Counted from the first letter of the stretch, positions 1-14,324 are shown. The stretch is DNA of 64,000 nucleotides from Escherichia coli (GCF_051903065.1 NZ_CP178438.1), one strand, 5' to 3'. Numbers and translations: made by a program. The notes: generated from the sequence alone by a model not told the origin.

Positions 1-981
1 TGGGCTGATTTAGTGATTCTCGCCCCTGCCACGGCAGATTTGATTGCCCGTGTTGCTGCCGGAATGGCAAATGATCTGGTATCGACGATTTGTCTGGCTA
101 CACCTGCGCCTGTAGCCGTGCTCCCCGCCATGAACCAGCAGATGTACCGTGCCGCTGCCACGCAGCATAATTTAGAGGTGCTTGCTTCCCGTGGTTTGCT
201 CATCTGGGGGCCAGACAGTGGCAGTCAGGCTTGTGGTGATATCGGTCCTGGGCGAATGCTCGATCCGTTAACCATTGTGGATATGGCAGTAGCGCATTTT
301 TCGCCCGTCAACGACCTGAAACATCTGAACATTATGATTACCGCCGGCCCGACGCGTGAACCGCTCGATCCCGTGCGTTATATCTCTAATCACAGCTCCG
401 GCAAGATGGGTTTTGCTATCGCCGCCGCCGCTGCCCGTCGTGGCGCGAACGTCACGCTGGTATCAGGTCCGGTTTCACTACCGACGCCACCGTTTGTTAA
501 ACGTGTTGATGTGATGACCGCGCTGGAAATGGAAGCCGCCGTGAATGCTTCTGTACAGCAGCAAAATATTTTTATCGGTTGCGCCGCCGTGGCGGATTAT
601 CGCGCAGCTACCGTGGCCCCAGAAAAAATCAAAAAGCAGGCCACGCAGGGTGATGAATTAACAATAAAAATGGTTAAAAACCCCGATATCGTCGCAGGCG
701 TTGCCGCACTAAAAGACCATCGACCCTACGTCGTTGGATTTGCCGCCGAAACAAATAATGTGGAAGAATACGCCCGGCAAAAACGTATCCGTAAAAACCT
801 TGATCTGATCTGCGCGAACGATGTTTCCCAGCCAACTCAAGGATTTAACAGCGACAACAACGCATTACACCTTTTCTGGCAGGACGGAGATAAAGTCTTA
901 CCGCTTGAGCGCAAAGAGCTCCTTGGCCAATTATTACTCGACGAGATCGTGACCCGTTATGATGAAAAAAATCGACGTTAA
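1..981 (+). CDS. coaBC: Bifunctional phosphopantothenoylcysteine decarboxylase/synthetase, 3' portion (5' end lies upstream of the window)
   Basis: Open frame from window edge; translation matches the C-terminal two thirds of CoaBC/Dfp; followed directly by dut as in K-12. Confidence 0.93.
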
Positions 982-1417
982 GATTCTGGACCCGCGCGTT
1001 GGGAAGGAATTTCCGCTCCCGACTTATGCCACCTCTGGCTCTGCCGGACTTGACCTGCGTGCCTGTCTCGACGACGCCGTAGAACTGGCTCCGGGTGACA
1101 CTACGCTGGTTCCGACCGGGCTGGCGATTCATATTGCCGATCCTTCACTGGCGGCAATGATGCTGCCGCGCTCCGGATTGGGACATAAGCACGGTATCGT
1201 GCTTGGTAACCTGGTAGGATTGATCGATTCCGACTATCAGGGCCAGTTGATGATTTCCGTGTGGAACCGTGGTCAGGACAGCTTCACCATTCAACCTGGC
1301 GAACGCATCGCCCAGATGATTTTTGTTCCGGTAGTACAGGCTGAATTTAATCTGGTGGAAGATTTCGACGCCACCGACCGCGGTGAAGGCGGCTTTGGTC
1401 ACTCTGGTCGTCAGTAA
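959..1417 (+). CDS. dut: dUTP diphosphatase (dUTPase)
   Basis: 152 aa [21 protein letters not shown]...GGFGHSGRQ matches Dut; start may be the second ATG at 962; 5' end overlaps coaBC 3' end. Confidence 0.95.
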
Positions 1418-1523
1418 CACATACGCATCCGAATAACGTCATAACATAGCCGCAAACATTTCGTTTGCGGTCATAGCGTGGGTGCCGCCTGGCAAGTGCT
1501 TATTTTCAGGGGTATTTTGTAAC

Positions 1524-2120
1524 ATGGCAGAAAAACAAACTGCGAAAAGGAACCGTCGCGAGGAAATACTTCAGTCTCTGGCGCTGATGCTGGAATCCAG
1601 CGATGGAAGCCAACGTATCACGACGGCAAAACTGGCCGCCTCTGTCGGCGTTTCCGAAGCGGCACTGTATCGCCACTTCCCCAGTAAGACCCGCATGTTC
1701 GATAGCCTGATTGAGTTTATCGAAGATAGCCTGATTACTCGCATCAATCTGATTCTGAAAGATGAGAAAGACACCACAGCGCGCCTGCGTCTGATTGTGT
1801 TGCTGCTTCTCGGTTTTGGTGAGCGTAATCCTGGCCTGACCCGCATCCTCACTGGTCATGCGCTAATGTTTGAACAGGATCGCCTGCAAGGGCGCATCAA
1901 CCAGCTGTTCGAGCGTATTGAAGCGCAGCTGCGCCAGGTATTGCGTGAAAAGAGAATGCGTGAGGGTGAAGGTTACACCACCGATGAAACCCTGCTGGCA
2001 AGCCAGATCCTGGCCTTCTGTGAAGGTATGCTGTCACGTTTTGTCCGCAGCGAATTTAAATACCGCCCGACGGATGATTTTGACGCCCGCTGGCCGCTAA
2101 TTGCCGCGCAGTTGCAGTAA
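1524..2120 (+). CDS. slmA: Nucleoid occlusion factor SlmA (TetR family)
   Basis: Translation from ATG at 1524 ([17 protein letters not shown]...) matches SlmA/Ttk; the longer ORF from 1482 is an upstream extension. Confidence 0.93.
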
Positions 2121-2125
2121 TATGA

Positions 2126-2149
2126 CGCCGGATGAATTTTCATCCGGCG
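2126..2149. terminator. Hairpin between convergent slmA and pyrE (cgccggatgaattttcatccggcg), likely bidirectional terminator
   Basis: Perfect inverted repeat with short loop read in sequence; lies between two convergent stop codons. Confidence 0.5.
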
Positions 2150-2156
2150 AGTTTCT

Positions 2157-2798
2157 TTAAACGCCAAACTCTTCGCGATAGGCCTTAACCGCCGCCAGAT
2201 GTTCCGCCATTTCCGGCTTCTCTTCCAGGTAAGCAATCAGATCTTTCAGGGTGATGATAGAGATCACTTTGCAGTTGTAATCACGCTCAACTTCCTGAAT
2301 CGCCGAAATCTCGCCGCGCCCCCGTTCCTGACGATCGAGCGAAATCAACACGCCAGCAAGCGTCGCGCCATTGGCCTGAATAATTTCCATCGACTCACGA
2401 ATCGCCGTTCCGGCGGTGATCACATCATCTACCAGCATTACGCGTCCTTGTAACGCGCTACCAACCAGATTGCCGCCTTCACCGTGGTCTTTTGCCTCTT
2501 TGCGGTTAAAGCAGTACGGCAGGTCCAGGTCATGATGCTCCGCCAACGCCACGGCGGTTGTGGTGGCAATCGGGATCCCTTTGTAAGCAGGGCCAAACAG
2601 CAGATCGAACTCAATGCCGGAGTCCACCAATGCTTCAGCGTAAAAACGGCCTAACAGTGCCAGGTCGCGCCCGGTATTAAACAGCCCGGCGTTGAAGAAA
2701 TAGGGGCTTTTACGCCCGGATTTCAGCGTAAACTCGCCAAACTTTAACACCTGCTTGCTAAGCGCAAATTCAATAAACTGGCGCTGATATGGTTTCAT
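2157..2798 (-). CDS. pyrE: Orotate phosphoribosyltransferase
   Basis: 213 aa from [15 protein letters not shown]...; start codon complement at 2796-2798; ORF-track upstream extension rejected. Confidence 0.95.
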
Positions 2799-2830
2799 GC
2801 CTTCGCTCCTCATCTTACTTTTCTACAGAC

Positions 2831-2854
2831 AAAAAAAAGCGACTCATCAGTCGC
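2831..2854 (-). promoter_or_regulatory. pyrE attenuator (hairpin gcgactgatgagtcgc followed by U8 on the transcribed strand) in the rph-pyrE intercistronic region
   Basis: Inverted repeat plus A8 run on the + strand (T-run on the - strand) between rph stop and pyrE start; matches the known UTP-sensitive attenuator position. Confidence 0.7.
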
Positions 2855-2862
2855 CTTAAAAA

Positions 2863-3579
2863 TCAGTTTGCCAGCGCCGCCTTCTGCGTCGCTACAATGG
2901 ATTCGATTCCCCCTCGGGCCAGCGCCAACAAGGTGAGTAGCTCTTCATGGGTGAACGGCTCGCCTTCTGCCGTCCCCTGCACTTCAATGATGCGCCCGTC
3001 TTCGGTCATCACTACGTTCATGTCGGTCTCTGCGGCAGAGTCTTCAACGTATTCCAGATCGCAAACCGCTTCGCCGTTCACAATCCCGACAGAAACCGCG
3101 GCTACCATCCCTTTCATCGGGTTGGTTTTCAGCTTGCCGTTTTCCACCAGCTTCTGTAGCGCATCTGCCAGCGCCACACAGGCACCCGTAATCGAAGCGG
3201 TACGCGTGCCACCATCAGCCTGAAGCACGTCGCAGTCCAGCGTAATGGTGAACTCACCCAGCGCTTTCAAATCTACTGCCGCGCGAAGCGCACGGGCGAT
3301 CAGACGCTGGATTTCCATTGTGCGTCCACCCTGCTTACCTTTCGCCGCTTCACGAGCGTTACGGGTGTGGGTAGAACGTGGCAGCATGCCGTACTCTGCG
3401 GTGATCCAGCCCTGGCCCTGACCTTTCAGGAAGCGCGGCACGCCTTCTTCAATAGAGGCGGTACACAACACTTTGGTATCGCCAAATTCGACCAGCACCG
3501 AGCCTTCTGCATGTTTTGTATAGTTACGAGTCAGGGTAACGGGACGCACCTGATTATTGCTACGGCCTGCTGGACGCAT
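2863..3579 (-). CDS. rph: Ribonuclease PH, full length (238 aa)
   Basis: Translation [26 protein letters not shown]...[11 protein letters not shown] is uninterrupted to the native C-terminus. Confidence 0.95.
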   Translation of the reverse strand: MRPAGRSNNQVRPVTLTRNYTKHAEGSVLVEFGDTKVLCTASIEEGVPRFLKGQGQGWITAEYGMLPRSTHTRNAREAAKGKQGGRTMEIQRLIARALRAAVDLKALGEFTITLDCDVLQADGGTRTASITGACVALADALQKLVENGKLKTNPMKGMVAAVSVGIVNGEAVCDLEYVEDSAAETDMNVVMTEDGRIIEVQGTAEGEPFTHEELLTLLALARGGIESIVATQKAALAN

Positions 3580-3705
3580 ATTGAAATCTCCGGCTTGAAA
3601 CAAATGTGGCTGCGCATTATACGGACTTCCGGCGGTTATTCCTATCCTGACAAGGCATCGATGGCTATAATCCTTCCACCTCTCCTTTTATAAACAGGAA
3701 CGTCT

Positions 3706-4569
3706 ATGATCCGCAGTATGACCGCCTACGCCCGGCGTGAAATCAAGGGTGAATGGGGGAGCGCAACCTGGGAAATGCGCTCGGTAAACCAGCGTTATCT
3801 GGAAACTTACTTTCGTCTGCCGGAGCAGTTCCGTAGCCTTGAACCTGTCGTTCGCGAGCGTATTCGTTCTCGCCTGACGCGCGGTAAAGTGGAATGTACC
3901 CTGCGCTATGAGCCAGATGTTAGCGCGCAAGGTGAGCTGATCCTCAACGAAAAACTGGCTAAACAGCTGGTAACTGCCGCGAACTGGGTAAAAATGCAGA
4001 GTGACGAAGGGGAAATCAACCCGGTTGATATTCTACGCTGGCCGGGCGTGATGGCAGCCCAGGAGCAGGATCTTGACGCCATTGCCGCTGAAATTCTCGC
4101 GGCGCTGGATGGTACGCTGGACGACTTTATTGTCGCGCGCGAAACCGAAGGTCAGGCACTGAAAGCATTGATCGAGCAGCGTCTGGAAGGCGTCACCGCC
4201 GAAGTGGTCAAAGTCCGCTCCCATATGCCGGAAATCCTGCAATGGCAGCGTGAACGCTTGGTCGCGAAGCTGGAAGATGCTCAGGTTCAGTTGGAAAACA
4301 ACCGTCTGGAGCAGGAGTTGGTTCTGCTGGCACAACGAATTGACGTTGCCGAAGAACTGGACCGCCTCGAAGCGCATGTCAAAGAGACCTACAACATTCT
4401 GAAGAAAAAAGAAGCCGTTGGTCGTCGTCTGGACTTTATGATGCAGGAGTTCAACCGCGAGTCGAACACTCTTGCGTCGAAGTCTATCAATGCCGAAGTG
4501 ACAAACTCCGCGATTGAGCTGAAAGTGTTGATTGAGCAGATGCGCGAGCAGATTCAGAATATTGAATAA
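3706..4569 (+). CDS. yicC: YicC family stress-induced protein
   Basis: 287 aa ORF MIRSMTAYARREIKGEWGSATWEMRSVNQRYLE... matches YicC. Confidence 0.93.
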   Translation: MIRSMTAYARREIKGEWGSATWEMRSVNQRYLETYFRLPEQFRSLEPVVRERIRSRLTRGKVECTLRYEPDVSAQGELILNEKLAKQLVTAANWVKMQSDEGEINPVDILRWPGVMAAQEQDLDAIAAEILAALDGTLDDFIVARETEGQALKALIEQRLEGVTAEVVKVRSHMPEILQWQRERLVAKLEDAQVQLENNRLEQELVLLAQRIDVAEELDRLEAHVKETYNILKKKEAVGRRLDFMMQEFNRESNTLASKSINAEVTNSAIELKVLIEQMREQIQNIE

Positions 4570-4729
4570 CTCGTAACGCCAATTCTTACTTTTCAGCCTT
4601 CACAAATGCCGCCCACTCAAACAGAGCGGCATTTTTCTTCCCCGCAACTTTCAATTCTGTTTTTCGTGCCTGCTCCAGATTTTGCGATGTTTTTTTGCCC
4701 AGCACACTGAGAACGTGAGATACTCACAA

Positions 4730-4745
4730 CTGTATATAAATACAG
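4730..4745 (+). promoter_or_regulatory. LexA (SOS) box CTGTATATAAATACAG upstream of dinD
   Basis: Perfect CTG-N10-CAG palindrome about 45 bp upstream of the dinD start; dinD is a known SOS gene. Confidence 0.8.
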
Positions 4746-4790
4746 TTACAGATTTACTTTCTTTGCAATTGATATCACATGGAGTGGGCA

Positions 4791-5615
4791 ATGAACGAAC
4801 ATCATCAACCTTTTGAAGAGATAAAACTGATTAATGCAAACGGAGCAGAACAATGGTCAGCAAGACAACTTGGGAAACTACTGGGTTATTCAGAGTATCG
4901 TCACTTTATACCTGTATTAACGCGCGCCAAAGAAGCCTGTGAGAACAGTGGTCACACAATTGATGACCATTTCGAGGAGATCCTCGATATGGTCAAAATT
5001 GGCTCAAATGCCAAAAGAGCATTAAAAGACATCGTACTCTCCCGCTATGCCTGTTACCTGGTAGTACAAAACGGCGACCCTGCGAAACCGGTCATTGCGT
5101 CAGGGCAGACTTATTTTGCTATCCAGACCCGACGGCAGGAGCTTGCTGACGATGAAGCATTTAAGCAACTTCGTGAAGACGAAAAGCGTCTGTTTCTGAG
5201 AAATGAGTTGAAAGAACATAACAAACAATTGGTTGAGGCAGCACAGCAAGCTGGGGTAGCGACAGCTACTGATTTCGCCATATTTCAGAATCATGGTTAC
5301 CAGGGGCTGTATGGTGGATTAGATCAGAAAGCTATTCATCAGCGGAAGGGGCTGAAAAAGAATCAGAAGATCCTGGATCATATGGGTTCAACAGAACTGG
5401 CGGCTAATCTCTTTCGAGCTACCCAAACAGAAGAAAAACTCAAGCGGGATGGCGTGAATTCAAAACAGCAAGCTAATACCACACACTTTGACGTGGGTAG
5501 CAAGGTGAGGCAAACCATTCAGGAACTTGGCGGAACCATGCCTGAGGAGTTGCCGACCCCGCAGGTCAGCATCAAGCAGTTGGAAAACAGTGTAAAAATT
5601 ACAGAGAAGAAATAG
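4791..5615 (+). CDS. dinD: DNA damage-inducible protein D
   Basis: Translation from ATG at 4791 (MNEHHQPFEEIKLINANGAEQWSARQLGKLLGY...) matches DinD; preceded by a LexA box. Confidence 0.92.
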   Translation: MNEHHQPFEEIKLINANGAEQWSARQLGKLLGYSEYRHFIPVLTRAKEACENSGHTIDDHFEEILDMVKIGSNAKRALKDIVLSRYACYLVVQNGDPAKPVIASGQTYFAIQTRRQELADDEAFKQLREDEKRLFLRNELKEHNKQLVEAAQQAGVATATDFAIFQNHGYQGLYGGLDQKAIHQRKGLKKNQKILDHMGSTELAANLFRATQTEEKLKRDGVNSKQQANTTHFDVGSKVRQTIQELGGTMPEELPTPQVSIKQLENSVKITEKK

Positions 5616-5906
5616 CAGAAACTAAAAACTCTTTTTGTTGATTGAGATACCCGATGCGTAAGCCAAAGTCCAGGTGCGGTGAACACAATGGCTAAACATT
5701 GCACCTTTCTTTTCCACCCCTCAATTTTAACCTATTTTTTCTTATGCATTTTCTCAGACAAGAAGTCAGAAGAATGCATCTACGCTACAGAAAATAGCGA
5801 TTTCACATAACTACAAGTTATCAATTTCCTCTCACCTTAAAAAATCTCAATCGTGACAATACGCACAAATCGCTACCCTGCCAGACAGATTTTTAGGGAG
5901 AGAACC

Positions 5907-9084
<3,178 letters not shown>

Positions 9085-9138
9085 ACCTGATTTCAGTATC
9101 ATGCCCAGTCATTTCTTCACCTGTGGAGCTTTTTAAGT

Positions 9139-9414
9139 ATGGCACGCGTAACTGTTCAGGACGCTGTAGAGAAAATTGGTAACCGTTTTGACCTGGTACT
9201 GGTCGCCGCGCGTCGCGCTCGTCAGATGCAGGTAGGCGGAAAGGATCCGCTGGTACCGGAAGAAAACGATAAAACCACTGTAATCGCGCTGCGCGAAATC
9301 GAAGAAGGTCTGATCAACAACCAGATCCTCGACGTTCGCGAACGCCAGGAACAGCAAGAGCAGGAAGCCGCTGAATTACAAGCCGTTACCGCTATTGCTG
9401 AAGGTCGTCGTTAA
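9139..9414 (+). CDS. rpoZ: RNA polymerase omega subunit
   Basis: 91 aa [31 protein letters not shown]... matches RpoZ. Confidence 0.96.
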
Positions 9415-9432
9415 TCACAAAGCGGGTCGCCC

Positions 9433-11541
9433 TTGTATCTGTTTGAAAGCCTGAATCAACTGATTCAAACCTACCTGCCGGAAGACCAAATCAAGCGTCT
9501 GCGGCAGGCGTATCTCGTTGCACGTGATGCTCACGAGGGGCAAACACGTTCAAGCGGTGAACCCTATATCACGCACCCGGTAGCGGTTGCCTGCATTCTG
9601 GCCGAGATGAAACTCGACTATGAAACGCTGATGGCGGCGCTGCTGCATGACGTGATTGAAGATACTCCCGCCACCTACCAGGATATGGAACAGCTTTTTG
9701 GTAAAAGCGTCGCCGAGCTGGTAGAGGGGGTGTCGAAACTTGATAAACTCAAGTTCCGCGATAAGAAAGAGGCGCAGGCCGAAAACTTTCGCAAGATGAT
9801 TATGGCGATGGTGCAGGATATCCGCGTCATCCTCATCAAACTTGCCGACCGTACCCACAACATGCGCACGCTGGGCTCACTTCGCCCGGACAAACGTCGC
9901 CGCATCGCCCGTGAAACTCTCGAAATTTACAGCCCGCTGGCGCACCGTTTAGGTATCCACCACATTAAAACCGAACTCGAAGAGCTGGGTTTTGAGGCGC
10001 TGTATCCCAACCGTTATCGCGTAATCAAAGAAGTGGTGAAAGCCGCGCGCGGCAACCGTAAAGAGATGATCCAGAAGATTCTTTCTGAAATCGAAGGGCG
10101 TTTGCAGGAAGCGGGAATACCGTGCCGCGTCAGTGGTCGCGAAAAGCATCTTTATTCGATTTACTGCAAAATGGTGCTCAAAGAGCAGCGTTTTCACTCA
10201 ATCATGGACATCTACGCTTTCCGCGTGATCGTCAATGATTCTGACACCTGTTATCGCGTGCTGGGCCAGATGCACAGCCTGTACAAGCCGCGTCCGGGCC
10301 GCGTGAAAGACTATATCGCCATTCCAAAAGCGAACGGCTATCAGTCTTTGCACACCTCGATGATTGGCCCGCACGGCGTGCCGGTTGAGGTCCAGATCCG
10401 TACCGAAGATATGGATCAGATGGCGGAGATGGGTGTTGCCGCGCACTGGGCTTATAAAGAGCACGGCGAAACCAGTACTACCGCACAAATCCGCGCCCAG
10501 CGCTGGATGCAAAGCCTGCTGGAGCTGCAACAGAGCGCCGGTAGTTCGTTTGAATTTATCGAGAGCGTTAAATCCGATCTCTTTCCGGATGAGATTTACG
10601 TTTTCACACCGGAAGGGCGCATTGTCGAGCTGCCTGCCGGTGCAACGCCCGTCGACTTCGCTTATGCAGTGCATACCGATATCGGTCATGCCTGCGTGGG
10701 CGCACGCGTTGACCGCCAGCCTTACCCGCTGTCGCAGCCGCTTACCAGCGGTCAAACCGTTGAAATCATTACCGCACCGGGCGCTCGCCCGAATGCCGCG
10801 TGGCTGAACTTTGTCGTTAGCTCAAAAGCGCGCGCCAAAATTCGTCAGTTGCTGAAAAACCTCAAGCGTGATGATTCTGTAAGCCTGGGCCGTCGTCTGC
10901 TCAACCATGCTTTGGGTGGTAGCCGTAAGCTGAATGAAATCCCGCAGGAAAATATTCAGCGCGAGCTGGATCGCATGAAGCTGGCAACGCTTGACGATCT
11001 GCTGGCTGAAATCGGCCTTGGTAACGCAATGAGCGTGGTGGTCGCGAAAAATCTACAACATGGGGACGCCTCCATTCCACCGGCAACCCAAAGTCACGGA
11101 CATCTGCCAATTAAAGGTGCCGATGGCGTGCTGATCACCTTTGCGAAATGCTGCCGCCCTATTCCTGGCGACCCGATTATCGCCCACGTCAGCCCCGGTA
11201 AAGGTCTGGTGATCCACCATGAATCCTGCCGTAACATCCGTGGCTACCAGAAAGAGCCAGAGAAGTTTATGGCTGTGGAATGGGATAAAGAGACGGCGCA
11301 GGAATTCATCACCGAAATCAAGGTGGAGATGTTCAATCATCAGGGTGCGCTGGCAAACCTGACGGCGGCAATTAACACCACGACCTCGAATATTCAAAGT
11401 TTGAATACGGAAGAGAAAGATGGTCGCGTCTACAGCGCCTTTATTCGTCTGACCGCTCGTGACCGTGTGCATCTGGCGAATATCATGCGCAAAATCCGCG
11501 TGATGCCAGACGTGATTAAAGTCACCCGAAACCGAAATTAA
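9433..11541 (+). CDS. spoT: Bifunctional (p)ppGpp synthetase/hydrolase SpoT (TTG start)
   Basis: 702 aa; first codon is TTG at 9433 (ttg tat ctg ttt gaa = LYLFE read as MYLFE); HD domain, synthetase, TGS and ACT regions recognisable. Confidence 0.95.
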   Translation: MYLFESLNQLIQTYLPEDQIKRLRQAYLVARDAHEGQTRSSGEPYITHPVAVACILAEMKLDYETLMAALLHDVIEDTPATYQDMEQLFGKSVAELVEGVSKLDKLKFRDKKEAQAENFRKMIMAMVQDIRVILIKLADRTHNMRTLGSLRPDKRRRIARETLEIYSPLAHRLGIHHIKTELEELGFEALYPNRYRVIKEVVKAARGNRKEMIQKILSEIEGRLQEAGIPCRVSGREKHLYSIYCKMVLKEQRFHSIMDIYAFRVIVNDSDTCYRVLGQMHSLYKPRPGRVKDYIAIPKANGYQSLHTSMIGPHGVPVEVQIRTEDMDQMAEMGVAAHWAYKEHGETSTTAQIRAQRWMQSLLELQQSAGSSFEFIESVKSDLFPDEIYVFTPEGRIVELPAGATPVDFAYAVHTDIGHACVGARVDRQPYPLSQPLTSGQTVEIITAPGARPNAAWLNFVVSSKARAKIRQLLKNLKRDDSVSLGRRLLNHALGGSRKLNEIPQENIQRELDRMKLATLDDLLAEIGLGNAMSVVVAKNLQHGDASIPPATQSHGHLPIKGADGVLITFAKCCRPIPGDPIIAHVSPGKGLVIHHESCRNIRGYQKEPEKFMAVEWDKETAQEFITEIKVEMFNHQGALANLTAAINTTTSNIQSLNTEEKDGRVYSAFIRLTARDRVHLANIMRKIRVMPDVIKVTRNRN

Positions 11542-11547
11542 TGTTTT

Positions 11548-12237
11548 ATGAACCCAACACGTTATGCACGCATCTGCGAAATGCTCGCCAGGCGGCAGCC
11601 TGACCTGACCGTCTGCATGGAGCAGGTCCACAAACCTCATAACGTTTCTGCGATTATTCGTACCGCAGATGCCGTTGGCGTACATGAAGTTCACGCCGTC
11701 TGGCCTGGTAGCCGGATGCGCACCATGGCTTCGGCAGCGGCGGGTAGTAACAGCTGGGTACAGGTGAAAACACACCGCACCATTGGCGATGCCGTCGCTC
11801 ATCTGAAAGGCCAGGGCATGCAGATTCTGGCAACCCATCTTTCTGATAATGCTGTCGATTTCCGCGAAATTGATTACACTCGCCCGACCTGCATTTTGAT
11901 GGGACAGGAGAAAACGGGCATCACGCAGGAAGCATTGGCCCTGGCGGATCAGGACATCATCATTCCGATGATCGGCATGGTGCAGTCGCTGAATGTTTCC
12001 GTTGCCTCAGCCCTCATTCTTTACGAAGCCCAGCGTCAGCGGCAAAATGCAGGCATGTACCTGCGTGAAAACAGCATGTTGCCGGAAGCAGAGCAACAAC
12101 GCCTGTTGTTTGAAGGCGGCTATCCGGTGCTGGCGAAAGTCGCAAAACGCAAAGGCCTGCCTTACCCCCACGTCAATCAGCAAGGCGAAATCGAAGCTGA
12201 TGCTGACTGGTGGTCCACCATGCAGGCCGCAGGGTAA
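11548..12237 (+). CDS. trmH: tRNA (guanosine18-2'-O)-methyltransferase
   Basis: 229 aa MNPTRYARICEMLARRQPDLTVCMEQVHKPHNVSAIIRTADAVG... SpoU/TrmH family. Confidence 0.93.
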   Translation: MNPTRYARICEMLARRQPDLTVCMEQVHKPHNVSAIIRTADAVGVHEVHAVWPGSRMRTMASAAAGSNSWVQVKTHRTIGDAVAHLKGQGMQILATHLSDNAVDFREIDYTRPTCILMGQEKTGITQEALALADQDIIIPMIGMVQSLNVSVASALILYEAQRQRQNAGMYLRENSMLPEAEQQRLLFEGGYPVLAKVAKRKGLPYPHVNQQGEIEADADWWSTMQAAG

Positions 12238-12242
12238 GCGCC

Positions 12243-14324
12243 ATGAAAGGCCGCCTGTTAGATACTGTCCCGCTCAGTTCCCTAACGGGCGTTGGCGCAG
12301 CGCTTAGTAACAAACTGGCGAAAATCAACCTGCATACCGTGCAGGATTTACTCTTACACCTTCCCCTGCGCTACGAAGATCGCACCCATCTCTACCCCAT
12401 CGGAGAACTACTGCCGGGCGTTTATGCCACGGTGGAAGGCGAAGTGCTGAACTGCAATATCTCCTTCGGCGGTCGGCGGATGATGACCTGCCAGATCAGC
12501 GACGGTTCCGGCATCCTCACCATGCGCTTTTTCAATTTCAGCGCGGCAATGAAAAATAGCCTGGCGACGGGCCGCCGTGTACTGGCTTATGGCGAAGCAA
12601 AGCGCGGTAAATATGGTGCGGAGATGATCCACCCGGAATACCGCGTGCAGGGCGATCTCAGCACGCCAGAATTACAGGAAACGCTCACGCCGGTTTATCC
12701 AACAACGGAAGGCGTAAAGCAGGCCACGCTGCGTAAATTAACCGACCAGGCGCTGGATCTGCTCGACACCTGCGCCATTGAAGAACTCCTGCCGCCGGAA
12801 CTGTCACAAGGAATGATGACGCTACCGGAAGCGTTGCGCACTTTGCACCGCCCGCCACCGACGCTACAGCTTAGCGATCTGGAAACCGGGCAGCATCCGG
12901 CGCAACGTCGTCTGATTCTGGAAGAACTGCTGGCGCACAACCTCAGCATGTTAGCCTTACGTGCCGGAGCACAGCGTTTTCATGCCCAGCCGCTGAGCGC
13001 CAATGACACGCTGAAAAATAAACTCCTCGCCGCCTTACCGTTCAAGCCAACGGGCGCACAGGCACGCGTAGTGGCGGAGATCGAGCATGATATGGCGCTG
13101 GATGTGCCGATGATGCGCCTGGTACAGGGCGATGTAGGTTCCGGTAAAACGCTGGTCGCCGCCCTCGCCGCGCTGCGTGCGATTGCCCACGGCAAACAGG
13201 TGGCACTGATGGCACCAACCGAATTACTCGCCGAGCAGCACGCCAATAACTTCCGCAACTGGTTTGCACCGCTCGGTATCAAAGTGGGCTGGCTCGCCGG
13301 TAAGCAGAAAGGCAAAGCGCGACTGTCTCAGCAGGAAGCCATCGCCAGCGGTCAGGTGCAGATGATTGTCGGTACACACGCCATCTTCCAGGAACAGGTG
13401 CAGTTTAACGGCCTGGCGCTGGTGATTATCGACGAACAGCATCGTTTTGGCGTGCATCAGCGTCTGGCATTGTGGGAGAAAGGCCAGCAGCAGGGCTTCC
13501 ATCCGCATCAGTTGATCATGACCGCCACGCCGATCCCCCGCACGCTGGCAATGACGGCGTATGCCGATCTCGATACCTCGGTGATAGATGAGCTGCCGCC
13601 AGGCCGCACGCCAGTGACTACGGTCGCTATTCCTGATACCCGCCGTACCGACATCATTGACCGCGTGCGCCACGCCTGCATAACTGAAGGTCGTCAGGCG
13701 TACTGGGTTTGTACGTTGATTGAAGAGTCAGAGTTACTGGAAGCGCAGGCGGCGGAAGCTACCTGGGAAGAGTTGAAACTGGCGCTACCAGAATTGAATG
13801 TTGGCCTGGTACACGGGCGGATGAAACCAGCCGAGAAACAGGCGGTGATGGCGTCGTTTAAACAAGGTGAGCTACATCTGCTGGTTGCCACTACCGTTAT
13901 TGAAGTCGGTGTTGATGTGCCTAACGCCAGCCTGATGATTATCGAAAACCCTGAGCGTCTGGGTCTGGCGCAGTTACACCAGCTGCGCGGGCGCGTAGGT
14001 CGTGGCGCGGTGGCTTCTCACTGCGTGCTGCTCTACAAAACGCCGCTTTCTAAAACGGCGCAAATTCGCCTGCAAGTGCTGCGCGACAGTAACGACGGTT
14101 TTGTGATTGCGCAAAAAGATCTGGAGATTCGCGGCCCTGGCGAATTGTTAGGCACGCGTCAGACGGGTAATGCTGAATTTAAAGTGGCGGATTTACTGCG
14201 CGATCAGGCGATGATCCCGGAAGTTCAGCGCCTGGCGCGACATATTCACGAACGTTACCCACAACAGGCAAAAGCCTTGATAGAACGCTGGATGCCGGAG
14301 ACAGAACGTTACTCGAATGCGTAA
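12243..14324 (+). CDS. recG: ATP-dependent DNA helicase RecG
   Basis: 693 aa from MKGRLLDTVPLSSLTGVG...; helicase motifs (GDVGSGKT, DEQHRFG) seen. Confidence 0.95.
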   Translation: MKGRLLDTVPLSSLTGVGAALSNKLAKINLHTVQDLLLHLPLRYEDRTHLYPIGELLPGVYATVEGEVLNCNISFGGRRMMTCQISDGSGILTMRFFNFSAAMKNSLATGRRVLAYGEAKRGKYGAEMIHPEYRVQGDLSTPELQETLTPVYPTTEGVKQATLRKLTDQALDLLDTCAIEELLPPELSQGMMTLPEALRTLHRPPPTLQLSDLETGQHPAQRRLILEELLAHNLSMLALRAGAQRFHAQPLSANDTLKNKLLAALPFKPTGAQARVVAEIEHDMALDVPMMRLVQGDVGSGKTLVAALAALRAIAHGKQVALMAPTELLAEQHANNFRNWFAPLGIKVGWLAGKQKGKARLSQQEAIASGQVQMIVGTHAIFQEQVQFNGLALVIIDEQHRFGVHQRLALWEKGQQQGFHPHQLIMTATPIPRTLAMTAYADLDTSVIDELPPGRTPVTTVAIPDTRRTDIIDRVRHACITEGRQAYWVCTLIEESELLEAQAAEATWEELKLALPELNVGLVHGRMKPAEKQAVMASFKQGELHLLVATTVIEVGVDVPNASLMIIENPERLGLAQLHQLRGRVGRGAVASHCVLLYKTPLSKTAQIRLQVLRDSNDGFVIAQKDLEIRGPGELLGTRQTGNAEFKVADLLRDQAMIPEVQRLARHIHERYPQQAKALIERWMPETERYSNA

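Noticed and set aside
11053-11838. 261 aa minus-strand ORF
   Set aside because: Lies entirely antisense within spoT/trmH; a shadow frame in GC-rich coding sequence.
12980-13673. Several 75-149 aa minus-strand ORFs
   Set aside because: All are antisense within recG; shadow frames.
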